Origin: Flaccisagitta enflata
Lineage: Eukaryota
Direction of reading: 5' to 3'
Length of the DNA: 64,000 bases
Assembly (NCBI GenBank): GCA_965153355.1
Contig: OZ231126.1
Location: forward strand, 41,106,001-41,170,000
Part shown: positions 27,617 to 41,613 of the stretch, one piece after another
Layout: each line of letters opens with the position of its first letter
Position numbering within the stretch: position 1 is the first letter of the stretch
Program-made: the position numbers and the translations under genes
The notes under the pieces: model-generated
The model's input: only the letters and a program-made list of their open reading frames with translations
The model's database searches: none
Told to the model about the DNA's origin: nothing

Positions 27617-29024
27617 ATATATGTTCTTTAATTCGTCAGCAAATATAAGCGACAGAGGCAAACACATTCATCAGATAAGTAGCATTAAATAAATGGCATT
27701 TTGTACATTAGTCAAAACGGGCACAAAATCAAAAAGAAAAATAGATAAAGAAAAATATATGGGGCCCCTCGCTACATAATAGCATGAGGGACCAAAAAAG
27801 AAAAAAAAAAAAGAAAAGTTACTCTTGCTCCATGACAAGATTACGCGCTAGATGCGAGATGATTGGATTGTGATGTGTCAACAGTGAAGAATCAAATTTG
27901 TTTTTTGCTCTGTGAAACAGGTCAATCAGCGACTTATATCCAAAGGATTCTCTTAGAGTTCTGATGCTCTCCCATCTATTGTATCCAAAGATGAGCCTGA
28001 GAGAATCGTTTACCGCAGTGCAACAGTCTTGTAGTTGTCGAGATGGGTACTCTTTTATTGCTGATGCATAAGTAATGATTGGGATACAGCATGAGTAAAG
28101 TAGCTGTAGCATTATCTCCTCACTGGGTTTTTTCGTGGCTCTTAGAATCGAATTTGACGCGCGATAGTACTTTGAGAGATCATTGGACGACGAGAATGTA
28201 AAACCTTTATGGTTCACTATTGTCGCACCAAGATATGTGATCGAATCAACATATTGAATATCTCTTCCATTGAGCGAGATTGGACAAAGATTTCCGTGAT
28301 CAATGTGTGACTTAGAGAAGACGATTATCTTGGATTTACTTGCATTAAAGGTTAAACCATACTCCTTGCAGTATGTTTCACACAGATTAATCATTATGCT
28401 TAGAGCTTTTCGCGTGGGCGCTAAAAGGCATAAATCATCTGCAAATAATATCATTGCTAAGAAAATTCCATAGATATGGCATCCGACATCCGCTTTACGC
28501 AAGATTGAAGCAATTTCATCTACATAGCAACCAAAAAAATCTGGAGAATTAATTCCGCCTTGCTTGATTCCAAGTGGAACCCTAAAATCTCTACTCAGCT
28601 TGTTGGCCCATTTGACGTTGCAATACATGTTGAGATACCAGTAAATCAGGCAGAGTAATATGCATAGTGGAATTCCTCTTTGTATGAGTTTTGAAAAAAG
28701 ACCGTAATGAGAAATTCTATCAAACGCTTTGGTGCAATCGAGAAAAGCAACATATACACTTGAATTTCTCTCATTGAAGTGATTTACTGTTGTTTTTAAA
28801 GAGAATAATGCATGATTTGTACTGGTTTTGCGTTTGAAGCCAAATTGGAGGTTGTCAGTATCCAATAGATGACCGGTTTTCAATTGTATAGCATGCTCAA
28901 ACAACTTAGCAGGAAGACAACTCAGGGTTATTCCTCTGTAGTTGGATGGATCAGACAGATCACCTTGTGAGTTTTTAACAATTGGAGTTATGGTGCCTTT
29001 CAGAAAATCTGAAGAAAATCTGAA
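27617..29024 (-). mobile_element. 5'-truncated LINE (clade undetermined) with 3' UTR
   Basis: The RT ORF is followed by a ~200-nt 3' UTR ending ...GACGAATTAAAGAACATATAT. The host foldback arm resumes at ~29025. Confidence 0.8.
27819..29010 (-). CDS. Non-LTR retrotransposon reverse transcriptase, C-terminal part of ORF2 (5'-truncated, endonuclease absent)
   Basis: The frame is open upstream of the tracked start (FLKGTITPIVKNSQGDLSDPSNYRGITL). RT motifs QFGF, FLDCTKAFD, GIKQGGINSP, LFADD, YLG. No internal stops. Confidence 0.92.
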
Positions 29025-29179
29025 ATGTGGCAGGAGATGAAGAGATGGTTAGTAGAGGGTTAGGACCCCGGGGGGCCTATTGAAGAGCCCTTCAGGGCTC
29101 AAAAATGGCAAAAATGGCTCAAAGATTGAAAAATACTTACTTTTCTGTTTTGAAGCACCCTAGAAGTAATTTCCATATA

Positions 29180-29395
29180 GCGTGTACATCCCTAGAGACT
29201 GGAATCTGGGCCTTGGGGTTGGGATTTGGGCCTTGAAAGTGGGATTTGGGCCTCAAGAGTGGGATTTGGACCTCGAGGCTGGGATATGGGCCTCCAGGCT
29301 GAGATATGAGCCCGGAGGCCCAAAGGTGGAGGAAAAAGTTCCCCATATATGTGAAAGCATAGGTCATCGACTCCTTTGGGGCCGCTGCCCAAAAG
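29180..29395 (-). mobile_element. HINE-like family C fragment in the loop of the foldback
   Basis: GCATAGGTCATCGACTCCTTTGGGGCCGCTGCCCAAAA plus reverse 20-bp repeats. Confidence 0.68.
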
Positions 29396-29754
29396 AACAT
29401 AATCTGATATTCTACCATTTTGGGGCCCTTTGGAGTCCATAAGGAGGCCCCCAGGGGTCTTGATTTTCTGTAATAAACCTGTGCGTATCCCACTACACAA
29501 GATAGGAATGATTGATGAGTCAAGATTACTACTAGGGCGCTTCAATGCAGAAAAGTAAGTATTTTTTCCATATTGGAACAATTTTGGCTATTTTTGAGCC
29601 CTAAAGGGCCTTTCAAAGGCCCAACCAGGGGTTCTAACTCTCTGTTAACCATTTGTTCATCTCCTGCCACACTAGATGGAAATTACCGATGAGTCAGTGT
29701 ACCATCAGGATACCCCAAGGTATAAATAAAGCATTTTTTTCAGTATTGAGGTCA

Positions 29755-30354
29755 TTTTTAGATGCGTCCTCGCATCTCTATAATAGGCTCTGTCCGTCGG
29801 TCGGTCAGTTGGTTGGTCAGTTGGTCGGTTGGTGGGGTAACGCATTCATAAAAATCATTGAATCTTGCGTTTTTAGACACGCATGCATCCAGTTCTTTCT
29901 TCTTCCAATGAAAACGAAGGTTTTCACAAATAGACCAATCACAGTTGAGAATGAATGTTGTGTTCCTTTTAAAACAAGACCAGCTTTTGCTCTCAAAAAG
30001 ACGACTTCCGATAATGACAAATCTTCAATGAAAGAAAAGCCAACCAATCACCAATGACGAATGAAAATTTTTGCTGGTCAAATCTCATTGTTGCATCTTT
30101 ATAATAGGCTCTGTCCGTCGGTTGGTCAGTCGGTTGGGTAATGCATTCATTCAAAACATTAAACTCATGCATTATTTCAACAAAAAAGTTGTCCTGACCC
30201 AACAAATGAAGCATACATAAGCTTATTCATTCAATAACTCATTTATTCACTCATAAATAACATTCACTCATAAAAAAAACATTTTTAAAAAAACATTCAT
30301 TCATAATACACATTCATTCAAAGAGGATGCATCGTTGGCCTACTTGGCCTTGTT
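29755..30354 (+). mobile_element. HINE-like family A copy inserted in the right arm of the foldback
   Basis: TTTTAGATGCGTCCTCGCATCTCTATAA...GGATGCATCGTTGGCCTACTTGGCCTTGTT. Arm symmetry resumes on both sides. Confidence 0.78.
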
Positions 30355-31064
30355 ACCATTATTGAGGCCATGTGGGCTCCTTGAAGGGCCCTTTGTGGGT
30401 CCCAAACCCGCATTATCCATTGGTTCTTCTACCCCCACAGTAAATGGCGGTAACCAATGAGCCAGAGTATCACCTGACTATAATGGCGTAAAAAAAAAAA
30501 TATATAAAATCAAAGTTTAATGACAAAACTACTTTTTTCTTCATGAAGACATCAGCTTTGTAAGACGACTGCTTCATAACAAATGATTATACAGACCTTA
30601 ACTTGGGCTCATTTTAAAAAGTAATGAAAGCTCTTCAAAATCAGCCCAAGTTGAGGTCAGTAGCTTTATTTGTTTGGGAGATACAAGCTTGCAAAGTTGT
30701 GACAAATATCAATATTTTCTCCAAAAAGGCATCAACTTTGGAAGAAAACTGCTTCTAAATGAGTACAGCTGATGATCTCAACTTGGGCTCATTTTAAAAA
30801 GTAAGAAAAGCTCTTTAAAATGAGCCCAAATTGAGGTCACTAGCTTTATTCGTTTAGGAGATATAAGTTTACAAAGATGAGTAATATATGACAATGTCAA
30901 AAAAACAACACCACCACTTATGCATTAGGAGGGGTGTGGCGGGCACACTTTAGAGAAGCCCCAAGGTCAAATTTTTGTGATGGACTATCTATGTACATGA
31001 TTTTGAGCCAGATTCCTTGGATAGAGAACCTCACCATGAAAAAGCGTATTTTTATAGTGGGCTA

Positions 31065-31201
31065 ATGGACAGATTCCCCCTGTGTTCTACAGGACTTGGT
31101 CCCCTTTGGGGCCGCTGCCCTGCTCCCCCTCAATCTAAATCATATACTACTCAAGCAGGGCACAGGTACCACTGACCATGTATTGCCTTTGGGCTGCTAT
31201 T
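31065..31201 (+). mobile_element. 3' part of the family C element into which the foldback inserted
   Basis: Matches the reverse complement of 33767-33900. The GGAC-type tract continues on the left flank at ~26370-26413. Confidence 0.7.
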
Positions 31202-33214
31202 TTTTCCTCTCTCTTTTCCTTCTTATTCTGCTCCTTCTTCTTCTTTTTTTTCTTCTTCTTCTTCTTCTTCTTCTTCTTCTTCTTCTTCTTTTTCTTTTTC
31301 TTCTTCTTCTCCCTCTTCTTCTCCTTCCTCTTCTTCTTCTTTTTTGTCTTCTTCTTCTTCTGCTTCTTTTTTATGTTTTCTGTTCACTTTGACACTTCGC
31401 TAATGTTAAAGAGGGAGAAGAAGAAGAAGAGGAAGGAGAAGAAGAGGGAGAATTCTGCTTCTTCTTCTTCTTCTTCTTCTTCTTCTTCTTCTTCTTCTTC
31501 TTCTTCTTCTTCTTCTTCTTCTTCTTCTTCTTCTTCTTCTTCTTCTTCTTCTTCTTCGCTAATGTTACTTTCTTTTCTTTGTCTTTCCTTCTTTTTTTTC
31601 TTGTTTTGCTTATTCTTCTTGTTCATCTTTTATCTCACTGCTCCTTCCCAGATGGTCTATAGACCTTAAAAACAGCCCATGCTCAACCGCACGCAACTGG
31701 GGTAGCCATGTTTCTTGCCTGGTTCATAGAATGAAACGGTTGAAGAAATTTTCATAAAAAAGATGATAATTCTTTTTGCCATTTTTGAAAAAGAAGTTCA
31801 ATTTTCTCAGCAACCGCTCAACCGATTCACATGAAATTTTACACAAATAAACTTCTTAAAAAATACTGTCGAATGAGTCCATTCCCAGCACTGTGGCTTA
31901 CCTAGAGGATGATTTATGATTTTCTGAAGATTAAAATATTTCGATCATTTTTACCAAATAGCTGTTATTTTTTACTATCAAAATTCCAGATAGGTGCACT
32001 TTGGAGGCCAATAGAGCCCAGGGTCGCAACTGGACGCAGGCAAAACCATATATAGGCATGATCAGCACCCAAAGTACTTCAAATTAGTGGTGGTAGGAAC
32101 AGCTGCAAGTGCCTGCCTTATTAGTTACAGCTATGAAAAGCTGAAAATCGTCAAAAAGAGAATATACAGATAAAAAGAGGGGTAAAAAGATGGGTAAAGA
32201 GAGGAATCAGTTCCTCTATGACTCATACCCTCAGAAAGTATCCTTGGGGGGTCCGATACATGGCTTAGTTGGTTTGAAACATCTATCAATGTAACTACAG
32301 TGTCCAATTGAAAAAATAGTAAAAAAATTTTAAAAAATGAAAAAAACTGGGAGTAGTGGCCTAACAGAGGGGCCTGCTCAGATCCTGGCGTGTTAAAATC
32401 GATTTTTTTTATTGTTACGACCCACTGAAATCATGTACTTGCCCCATGTATAACAAAAAAACAATTTTGGGAAGAGTCACTTTTGCTGATTTTTGGCAAA
32501 ATAATTCCTCCTCAGGGAAGTCAGTGAAGTGGTGCAATTTTGCGCAGAATCCTCGTCTAATGTCAACTCATTTCCTTTTGAGTATAGACAATTGAGGTAA
32601 GAAATTGCGGTTCTTATGATCTCCTTTTCAAAACTGGATTAAAAACTTGTCAATTCGGCACCATAACACTGATTTTAGCTGTACCCAATCGACAGATATA
32701 CTTGAAACACCAAGGACATTGAGTAAATGGGAAAAAGTCAATCGTCCAATTTGGGCATCAATTCGCGATCTTGGAAAAAAGCATCTACAGCCATTACTTG
32801 CAAGCCTTTTGGGCTACAATATCCATCTTTGGCTTAAAGTAAACATTCATCTATTTTCTTTATGATAAACTATTGCCCAAGTTTCAACTAACAATCGTTT
32901 AGTCTCAGCGTCCAAAAAGATTTACTCACTTCCGGCTGATCACCTTGTGTTGCTGCCACACTTGAGGAAACCTAATTTTTCTCAGCCATTCTTCAAGAGC
33001 ATGATTTATAAGACACTTTTCCAAGCAACCAGTTGGTTCGGTGTTCCATCCGTCCTTTTTCCCTTCTCCAAGATCATTAAAAATTGGTTTTGCGTTTCTA
33101 TCCCGGCAGACCCATGTAAGGTACCTGTTTTGGTAGCTGAGTGGATATAATGCTAAGTGCCTACTTCTACGGCTTTTTCTATGAACCAACGAACAAATCG
33201 TAAATTGGAATATA

Positions 33215-33389
33215 CAGTGGAGCACCGCTAGAGCGCACCCGCTATTAAGGCATGCTCGCCTATAAAGCATAGAGTTAGCAGTCCCATGAGAGATTTTTGT
33301 AGTTAACTGTATATTGGCAATAAGTCAGCTTCACTATAAGGCTTAATTTTGCCAAGTTCCTAGGCATGCGCTCTAGTGAAACTCAACTG
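33215..33389. mobile_element. Small pogo/Tigger-like MITE
   Basis: TA|CAGTGGAGCACCGCTAGAGCGCA ... TGCGCTCTAGTGAAACTCAACTG|TA. Confidence 0.7.
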
Positions 33390-33766
33390 TAGTTCTTGTC
33401 ATGTTGTTCCTGTTCTTTTGTTCAACTACTCGACGAACGTCTGCTGGTATTGGAATAAGAATCAGCAAGGACAACAAGGGCAACGAGGTCAATGATGCAA
33501 AAATGAATCACTTGGTCAGAAGTTAGAGCAGAGGATGTTGTTAACGCAGTCATCCAAATATACACAAGCAACATCTAGTAACTGAAGTTCCTGCTTCGAA
33601 TACCAAGAGGATTAACCTTCGCTTGGCTTTTCAAAATCTTGCAAAAAGTCTCTTTTTAGTCTGTTGTTACAGCTCTTTGATGCCCTTAATCACAGACATG
33701 TACACAGTAAAATGACACCAACATGGTCTTCGAATAATACTTAATAAAAATCATAAAAAAAAAAAG

Positions 33767-34390
33767 AATAGCAGCCCAAAGGCGGTAAGTGGTCAGCGGT
33801 ACCCGTGCCCTGCTTGAGTAGTGTGTGATTTAAGTTGAGGGGGAGCAGGGCAGCGGCCCCGAAGGGGACGAAGTCCTGTAGAACACAGGGGGAATCTGTC
33901 CGTCCGTCCGTCCGTCCGTCCGTCCGTCCGTCCATCGGTCCGTTTGTCCCTCCTGCCCCATCCTCAGGGCTTCGTCACCTTTGGGGCCTAAACTGACCCA
34001 AATTCTGCCTAATAGCCCAAATCCAAGCAATATAGCCCAAATCTAAGCAAAATGGCCCAAATCCAAGCATAATGGCCCAAATCCAAGCAAAATGGCCCAA
34101 ATCTGGTCAGAATCTAGGTATCGGAGGCCACAATATAGGTCTAAGGGGCCAAAATGATTTATTTGGGCCAGAATTGGGGTTTTCTAGCCAGATTTGGGCC
34201 ATTTTGCTTGGATTTGAGCCATTTTGCTTAGCTGTGGGCTATATTGCTTGGATTTGGGCTATTAGGCAGAATTTGGGTCAGAATAGGCCTGAGGATGGGG
34301 CAGGGGGGGACAGACGGACGGACGTACGGACGGACAGATTCCCCCTGTGTTCTACAGGACTTCGTCCCCTTCGGGGCCGCTGCCCAAAAA
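33767..34390 (-). mobile_element. HINE-like element, family C (complete)
   Basis: ~60-bp subterminal inverted repeat GGGCAGCGGCCCCGAAGGGGACGAAGTCCTGTAGAACACAGGGGGAATCTGTCCGTCC, plus a 3' tail with GGGCACGGGTACC. Internal ~20-bp repeats. T-rich ends. Confidence 0.75.
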
Positions 34391-34392
34391 AG

Positions 34393-34505
34393 AAACAAGG
34401 CCAAGTAGGCCAATAAGGTGCGACATGTGGATCGTTGAACGTTTGCGTTACCCAACCAACCGACGGACACAGCCAGTTATAGAGGTGCTTTGTCGCACCT
34501 AAAAA
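34393..34505 (-). mobile_element. Minimal ~110-bp HINE-like element (family A variant)
   Basis: Minus strand: TTTTAGGTGCGACAAAGCACCT hairpin, short GTCC/GTTG tract, inverted copy TGTCGCACCT, stem-loop GGCC-TACTT-GGCC, TTGTT. Confidence 0.75.
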
Positions 34506-36436
34506 AGGTAGAGTTCTAACTATGGCATCCTCTCTTTCAATGTGCACCATCATATTTTTCTTCCTTTAACGAGGAATTGATATTCTTAACAATGACTATT
34601 TTCCCTGATACTTTTTTTTCACCGAGAAAACCAACATTATATTTGACACACTCCTTGAAACCAACCAGTAAAACAACCGACCAAACCACATCATTTCTTG
34701 AACCAACATTACGATAGAGATTTGTCAACGAATCCATGAAGAGAAAAAAAGCTTTGAATTATAAGAAATGAAGCGAAACAAGTAAAAACATGAGAATTCC
34801 ATCGGGGAATTCAGATAATGCATTCAGGTGGAAGATTTCGTAAACAAAAACTCAGTATAAAAACGCTGCAGCCGACAATTGAGAACAAAATTCTGGTTCG
34901 ACAACCGAGAAAAAAAAAGTGTTTTCCAGCCAAAAATTCTCACTTACCAGGTAAACGATTTAAAAGATGTCAAATTGTATTGAATACTAACGGGTGTTCA
35001 AATAAAGATTGTAAGTAGTTTTTGACAAAGAAAATATTTTTGCATACTTAGAATGAAAGATTAAGTATCAAAAGTTCATAGAGCGCAATAATTTGATTGA
35101 AGAATCTTGATAAAATCTCAAGGTCAAGCTGAGTAAATCAAAATATATAGTAATTTCAAACAATGCCAAGGACAAAAAAAAAGCTTTTCTGGCCACAACA
35201 TCGCAAAAGGAAACTTTTCTAGGAAAATCTTCTTCATAAAAGTAAAAGACTTACTTTGTATATATAGCAGTACAAATCAGGGCTACTTTGCAAAATACTC
35301 ATTTTGCGCTCTATCAACCCATAAGAATTTAGTTCATGCCGTTATTCTTCTAAATTCTCTATTTCGTTTATTTTTTTCAGCATTAAAGATGTTTGGACAC
35401 AGACGCAGACGCGGGAGAATGTTCGGCCGTCGCCGCCGCAGATAAAAGATGATCGAAATGCGACAATGACGGCGACTGACGGGAATTTTTTCGACGAGTT
35501 TTTTTGACGGTGGTTTTTTGACGGCGAGGACCGGATTAAGAGAGCAAAGATGAAATCGAAGGTAAAACAGAGATATCAATTTAAACGTCCTTTTCGTATA
35601 AGTTCAAGCTAAGCGGTAATGAACCTGCAGCAAAGTTGCTCGCTTTAAGAGCTTAACGCTTATCGAAGTATGCCATACATAGCAAATGGCAATAAGGCAT
35701 GCAATATGGCGTGCAAAAAGGCAATAAAGCAACACCTGTATAGCCACATCTGAGGCATGCGTACCGTTCAGATTTACTAATGATTAATCATAAGTGGATA
35801 AGTATCTGACATGAGAACACACATGTGCTATCGACAAGCTATCTACTGACTTAACGCACTCTATAATTGTTCTTCTTTGTCGTAGACGCTCTGTTTTGTC
35901 TACAAGCCCTACCAAGGGCAACAGCCGCGGACAGCCGCAGTTTGGAAATAAGGTCTTGATTTTCCTTTACAATCTCTAATTCTCTATCTGTAGTGGTTTA
36001 GTAGAATGTTGTTGCATGATTTGTTTTTAATTTCAGTCATGAATAACAGCTCATATAAGCTGTGCTGTGAAGAAATGGGGAAGTTCGTACATTGTGTCGA
36101 ACAATTTGTGATTCTTTCTCTCATCACTCATTTTATTCATTTCTAGAGTTTTATCAAATCATTCGTACGTTTCATTAGATTTCATTTGGCATTTTTTGTT
36201 CTTTTCCATTCAATGCAGAAACTCCGATGAAAAGGCGCGTCATAAGCCTCGTCATGGATCTGAAGGCAAAACCGGCTCAAGAATGATGGAATCGATTAAA
36301 GGCAACACTTTATCAGTTGAATGACGACAATTTCATTTCAATAGGTTTTTTTTCCTTTTTTCTCTTTCTTTTTTTCCTGTGACTTAAGAATGCAAAATAC
36401 AATGTAAGCTGTACTTAGTTGATTTGTTTTCTTTTG

Positions 36437-36685
<249 letters not shown>

Positions 36686-37034
36686 AAAGACAACAACCGC
36701 GAGGTATTCATGCCAAAAAAGCATCCCTTTTATTTCGGCCGCGGGTTCCCCCCAAAAAAGAGATCAGCCTTCATTCGTCTTCATCACCGACACTCAAACA
36801 TGACATTTTGACGCCGAGGCGTTTGCTTTGAAGAGCAGCGCAACAGCCGTACCATCAAACGCGACAACAGCTGCGGCAGCCGCAGCAGCAGTGGCAGTAG
36901 CAAAAGCAGCGGCGGAAGTACTGATGGTAATGGCAAAGGCGGCCATGCAACGGCAACTATCTCTGTTCCAACGTAACCGCTTTGGCGTATGTATGGTTCT
37001 CTTACCTTACACATATAATATTGGTTAGATATTA

Positions 37035-38027
37035 CAGGGTGTTTCACGCGTTTTGAGGTTTAAAGAATCGACATAGCTTTTCTCCTAGAAAAGTTATTCC
37101 AATTCTGAAAAAAGGTCTGAATAGATCTTGAAGTGCAGTTTTTTTATGTCACCAATTTTTTATATTTGCGCTTTTAAATATGCCCACTATGTAAGTTTGA
37201 AGAAAACAACCATATCCAGCATGCATCTTTAATCCGGATAATTATGGCAAAAAAATGGAAACTACTTGTTTGTTAGCGTTTCACATCCAAGCAATGAGAA
37301 AAACATAGCAAAATCTATGACCATCTTGAAGCTCTGTGAAAGATCTTTCCAATGAGACCATGCTGGTTGTCATATCTCTATCCGTTTAGAAATGGCAGAA
37401 GAATGATGAGAGGTGGTCAAGAATTTGGAAAGTCAGTAACACCTGATTTTCATGGGCTATCCTTATTGTAACATAGAAATTGAACAAATTGAGTTGGAAA
37501 TTTGTTCTTGGCTCCATTTTATAGAAAATTCATGGCTCTTTAATTTGCTCATGGATATCGAGTAGCTAAGACAATCCTGAGTTCGTAATTGACAAAAACG
37601 AAAAAAGTAAAATTTCTCGATGGAAAAAAAATTGAAAAGAGCATTTTTTTCAATTTGTGATTTTTTTCTTTAATTTTTTGCCATTTCAAAATGAATGAAG
37701 CTACTATGTCCTGCAACGTCGCATTTTGAAGATTTTTTGCGGAGCTCTTAAACAGTCATGGATTTTTTGTAGTTCAGGCCAATAGTTGACCAGAAACTAG
37801 TAAAAGAAGTTGTCCATTTTTTTCTTTACCATGGTTAGTTAACTGGATAATGTTGTTTACTTTAAACTCTCGTAGCTCCCAAGCTAAAAAACGCAAATAC
37901 AAAAAATTGGTGACATAAAAAAACTGCACTTCAAGATCTATTCAGACCTTTTTTCAGAATTGGAATAGCTTTTCGAGGAGAAAAGCTATGTCGATTCTTT
38001 AAACCTCAAAACGCGTGAAACACCCTG
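37035..38027. mobile_element. TA-flanked MITE (Tc1/mariner-type), young
   Basis: ~135-bp near-perfect TIRs starting CAGGGTGTTTCACGCGTTTTGAGG. TA flanks. Confidence 0.92.
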
Positions 38028-38257
38028 TAGTAATGTCAAGTCAAAGCAGGCCAACCTCGAATCTCGATGTTAGCGTACAGTTAGGCAGGGGCGGCAATGA
38101 GGAAACCGAAGCGAATTCTGGGAGGATCAACCTAAAGCATTGCAAGTATATGACGATAGGTTTTAAAAGAATTCGATGGGATGGTGACCTGTAAGAGTGA
38201 TCTGCATATAGGGTGGTCGGGAAATAGGGTCAAATTTTTAAAAATGATATACTCTAG

Positions 38258-39420
<1,163 letters not shown>

Positions 39421-39428
39421 TAACATTG

Positions 39429-40377
39429 TTTTTTTTAGATGCGTCCTCGCATCTCTATAAGAGGGCATGTCCGCCCGTCGGTTGGTCGGTTGGTTACACA
39501 TTTATCATAATCCACTATATTTATGCCATATTACACATGAAACACAACTAGATCAATAAAGCAGAGCAACATAGCGTAAAATCAGATTATATAGAAGATA
39601 TTTTTAGTGAGATTAAAGTAGAACCATATAAAGAAAGACCATATCAAGAAAGACCATATGACAGCGTCCCCCCGAAGGCAACATTTGTGTTTCAAAGAGG
39701 GTCAAAATGGAAATTTTGAATAAATGGAAATGGAAAAACAAGTGAATAAAAATTATTCAGATAGCTCGGACATAATATTTAAAAGAAAAATTTGCATTCA
39801 TTTAGCAAGAAGGATCAAGTTGAGCCAATGTTACTAAAAAAAATTTATCGAAAATTTTTACTTTTTTTATTTTTGGTCACTGACAGGGGGCTGGTCTAAA
39901 TTCTAAATTTGCATAGAAAATGAAAATATCAAAAAAAAAAGAACATAGTTCTCTTTCCAAATCGATTACAGAGAGAACTATGTTTTTCAAAATGCAAAAT
40001 TTCCCTGTGTATGGCTTTCTTAGAATTTAGACCACAGAAAATGAAAAAAAATGTAAGCAGAAATTTGCTAAAAACCATCATTTTCCTGCTTATTTCCATG
40101 TCTATTGCATAGTTCAAATTACTTTTTAGGTCAGAATATGATAAAAAGGTATACAACAGGTGTCTTTAGAGACAAAATGTGTACTAAAAGTATTCCAGCT
40201 TCATTATTGTCCTGATAATGATGCAAAAAGTATGGTGAAACACTTAATTTTCCTTCGAAAATTCGCCGTCATATAGAGAATGACCATATAAAGAAAGACC
40301 ATATAAAGAAAGACCATATAAAGAAAGACCATATAAAGAAAGAAGAGGACGCATCGTTGGCCTATCTGGCCTTGTTT
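39429..40377 (+). mobile_element. HINE-like family A copy with 15-bp AGACCATATAAAGAA repeats and an internal insert
   Basis: 5' hairpin at ~39437 and 3' end GACGCATCGTTGGCCTATCTGGCCTTGTTT. Confidence 0.68.
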
Positions 40378-40671
40378 GCATAAATGTACCAAAAAAGTAG
40401 GTTTTCCCTCAAGCTGAGGTCTGAATATGAAGATTAAACCACGTCGGCAATACTATGGGCTTCCTATAGCAAAAAAACATCCCCATAGTAAGCCTATGGT
40501 TTTGCCGACAAGGTTTTTTGTTTGATCTCACACCCCAACTTGTAAGAAATCCTTCTTTTATTTGATATTTATGCAAAGGGCCCAAGTATATCATTAAAAG
40601 AAATTTGACCCAATTCCCGACCAGCTTAATCTGCAAATGTGTCTTTCCGTCTGTCGGTCTGTCGGTCTGTT

Positions 40672-40814
<143 letters not shown>

Positions 40815-41418
40815 TTTGATTCAATATTCGTGTTTCCATACAATCGCAATTCATTTCGATTGAATTTTCTTTCGGCGTCACACGTCGGAGTAATGCCAAT
40901 ACTTATGGGAGAAAGAAAGAGCTGGAATGGTGGGAAACGTGGAGAATGGAAATTGGAAAGTAGTAGAAGTATAAAGAAAACAGGGACATCAAGAAGAATG
41001 AAAGAAGAAATGGAACAGAGTGCTGAGTCTACACTGTTGACACAGAAGAAAAGTGGCAGGTAAAGAGAATAAAGATCAGACACACGGCTACATGAGTTGC
41101 GTGCTGGTGGGCAGGTGCAGTGATAATAAAGGCTAACCAAACATTTGGGCAGGAGCAGTTATGCAAAAGCCGCTTGTAAACGTGGATAAGTGTCAAGGAC
41201 CGACAGACGGACCGACAGACCAAAACACAGAGTGGGTTGTGGAGAAATCATATTTTGGCGCATATAAAGGCAAATGCAGACACTGATGAGCATGTAACAT
41301 TAACATTTCTCACTTATTATCACTAATGGAAAGAAGATGAATAGGAAGAAAGCTCGTGTATTTTGATGAATCCTTAAACATTTTTCTTGTGTCATCTTTC
41401 CTCGATTGATAATGCGTG

Positions 41419-41487
<69 letters not shown>

Positions 41488-41557
41488 TGTGTGAAAACGC
41501 CAAAATGCCATCGGTATGCGCCTCATTGACTCTTTTGTCAAAAAACGGCCAAAATTC

Positions 41558-41613
<56 letters not shown>

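Larger units (their letters stand above)
26414..31064. mobile_element. Non-autonomous foldback DNA transposon, hAT-like, with nested insertions
   Basis: Termini TAGCTCACTATAAAAA... / ...TTTTTATAGTGGGCTA. Exact 8-bp flanking duplication ATGGACAG (26406-26413, 31065-31072). Inverted arms can be traced for ~950 bp once inserts are removed. Confidence 0.88.

Noticed and set aside
26414..31064. RT between long inverted repeats read as a DIRS, Penelope, retron or DGR-like system
   Set aside because: The RT is LINE-type and 5'-truncated and interrupts one arm asymmetrically. I see no tyrosine recombinase, GIY-YIG, RNase H or template/variable repeat pair.
39657..40272. Possible MITE with ends TATGACAGCG / CGCCGTCATA
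   Set aside because: Only ~10 bp of imperfect TIR, too weak to call on its own.
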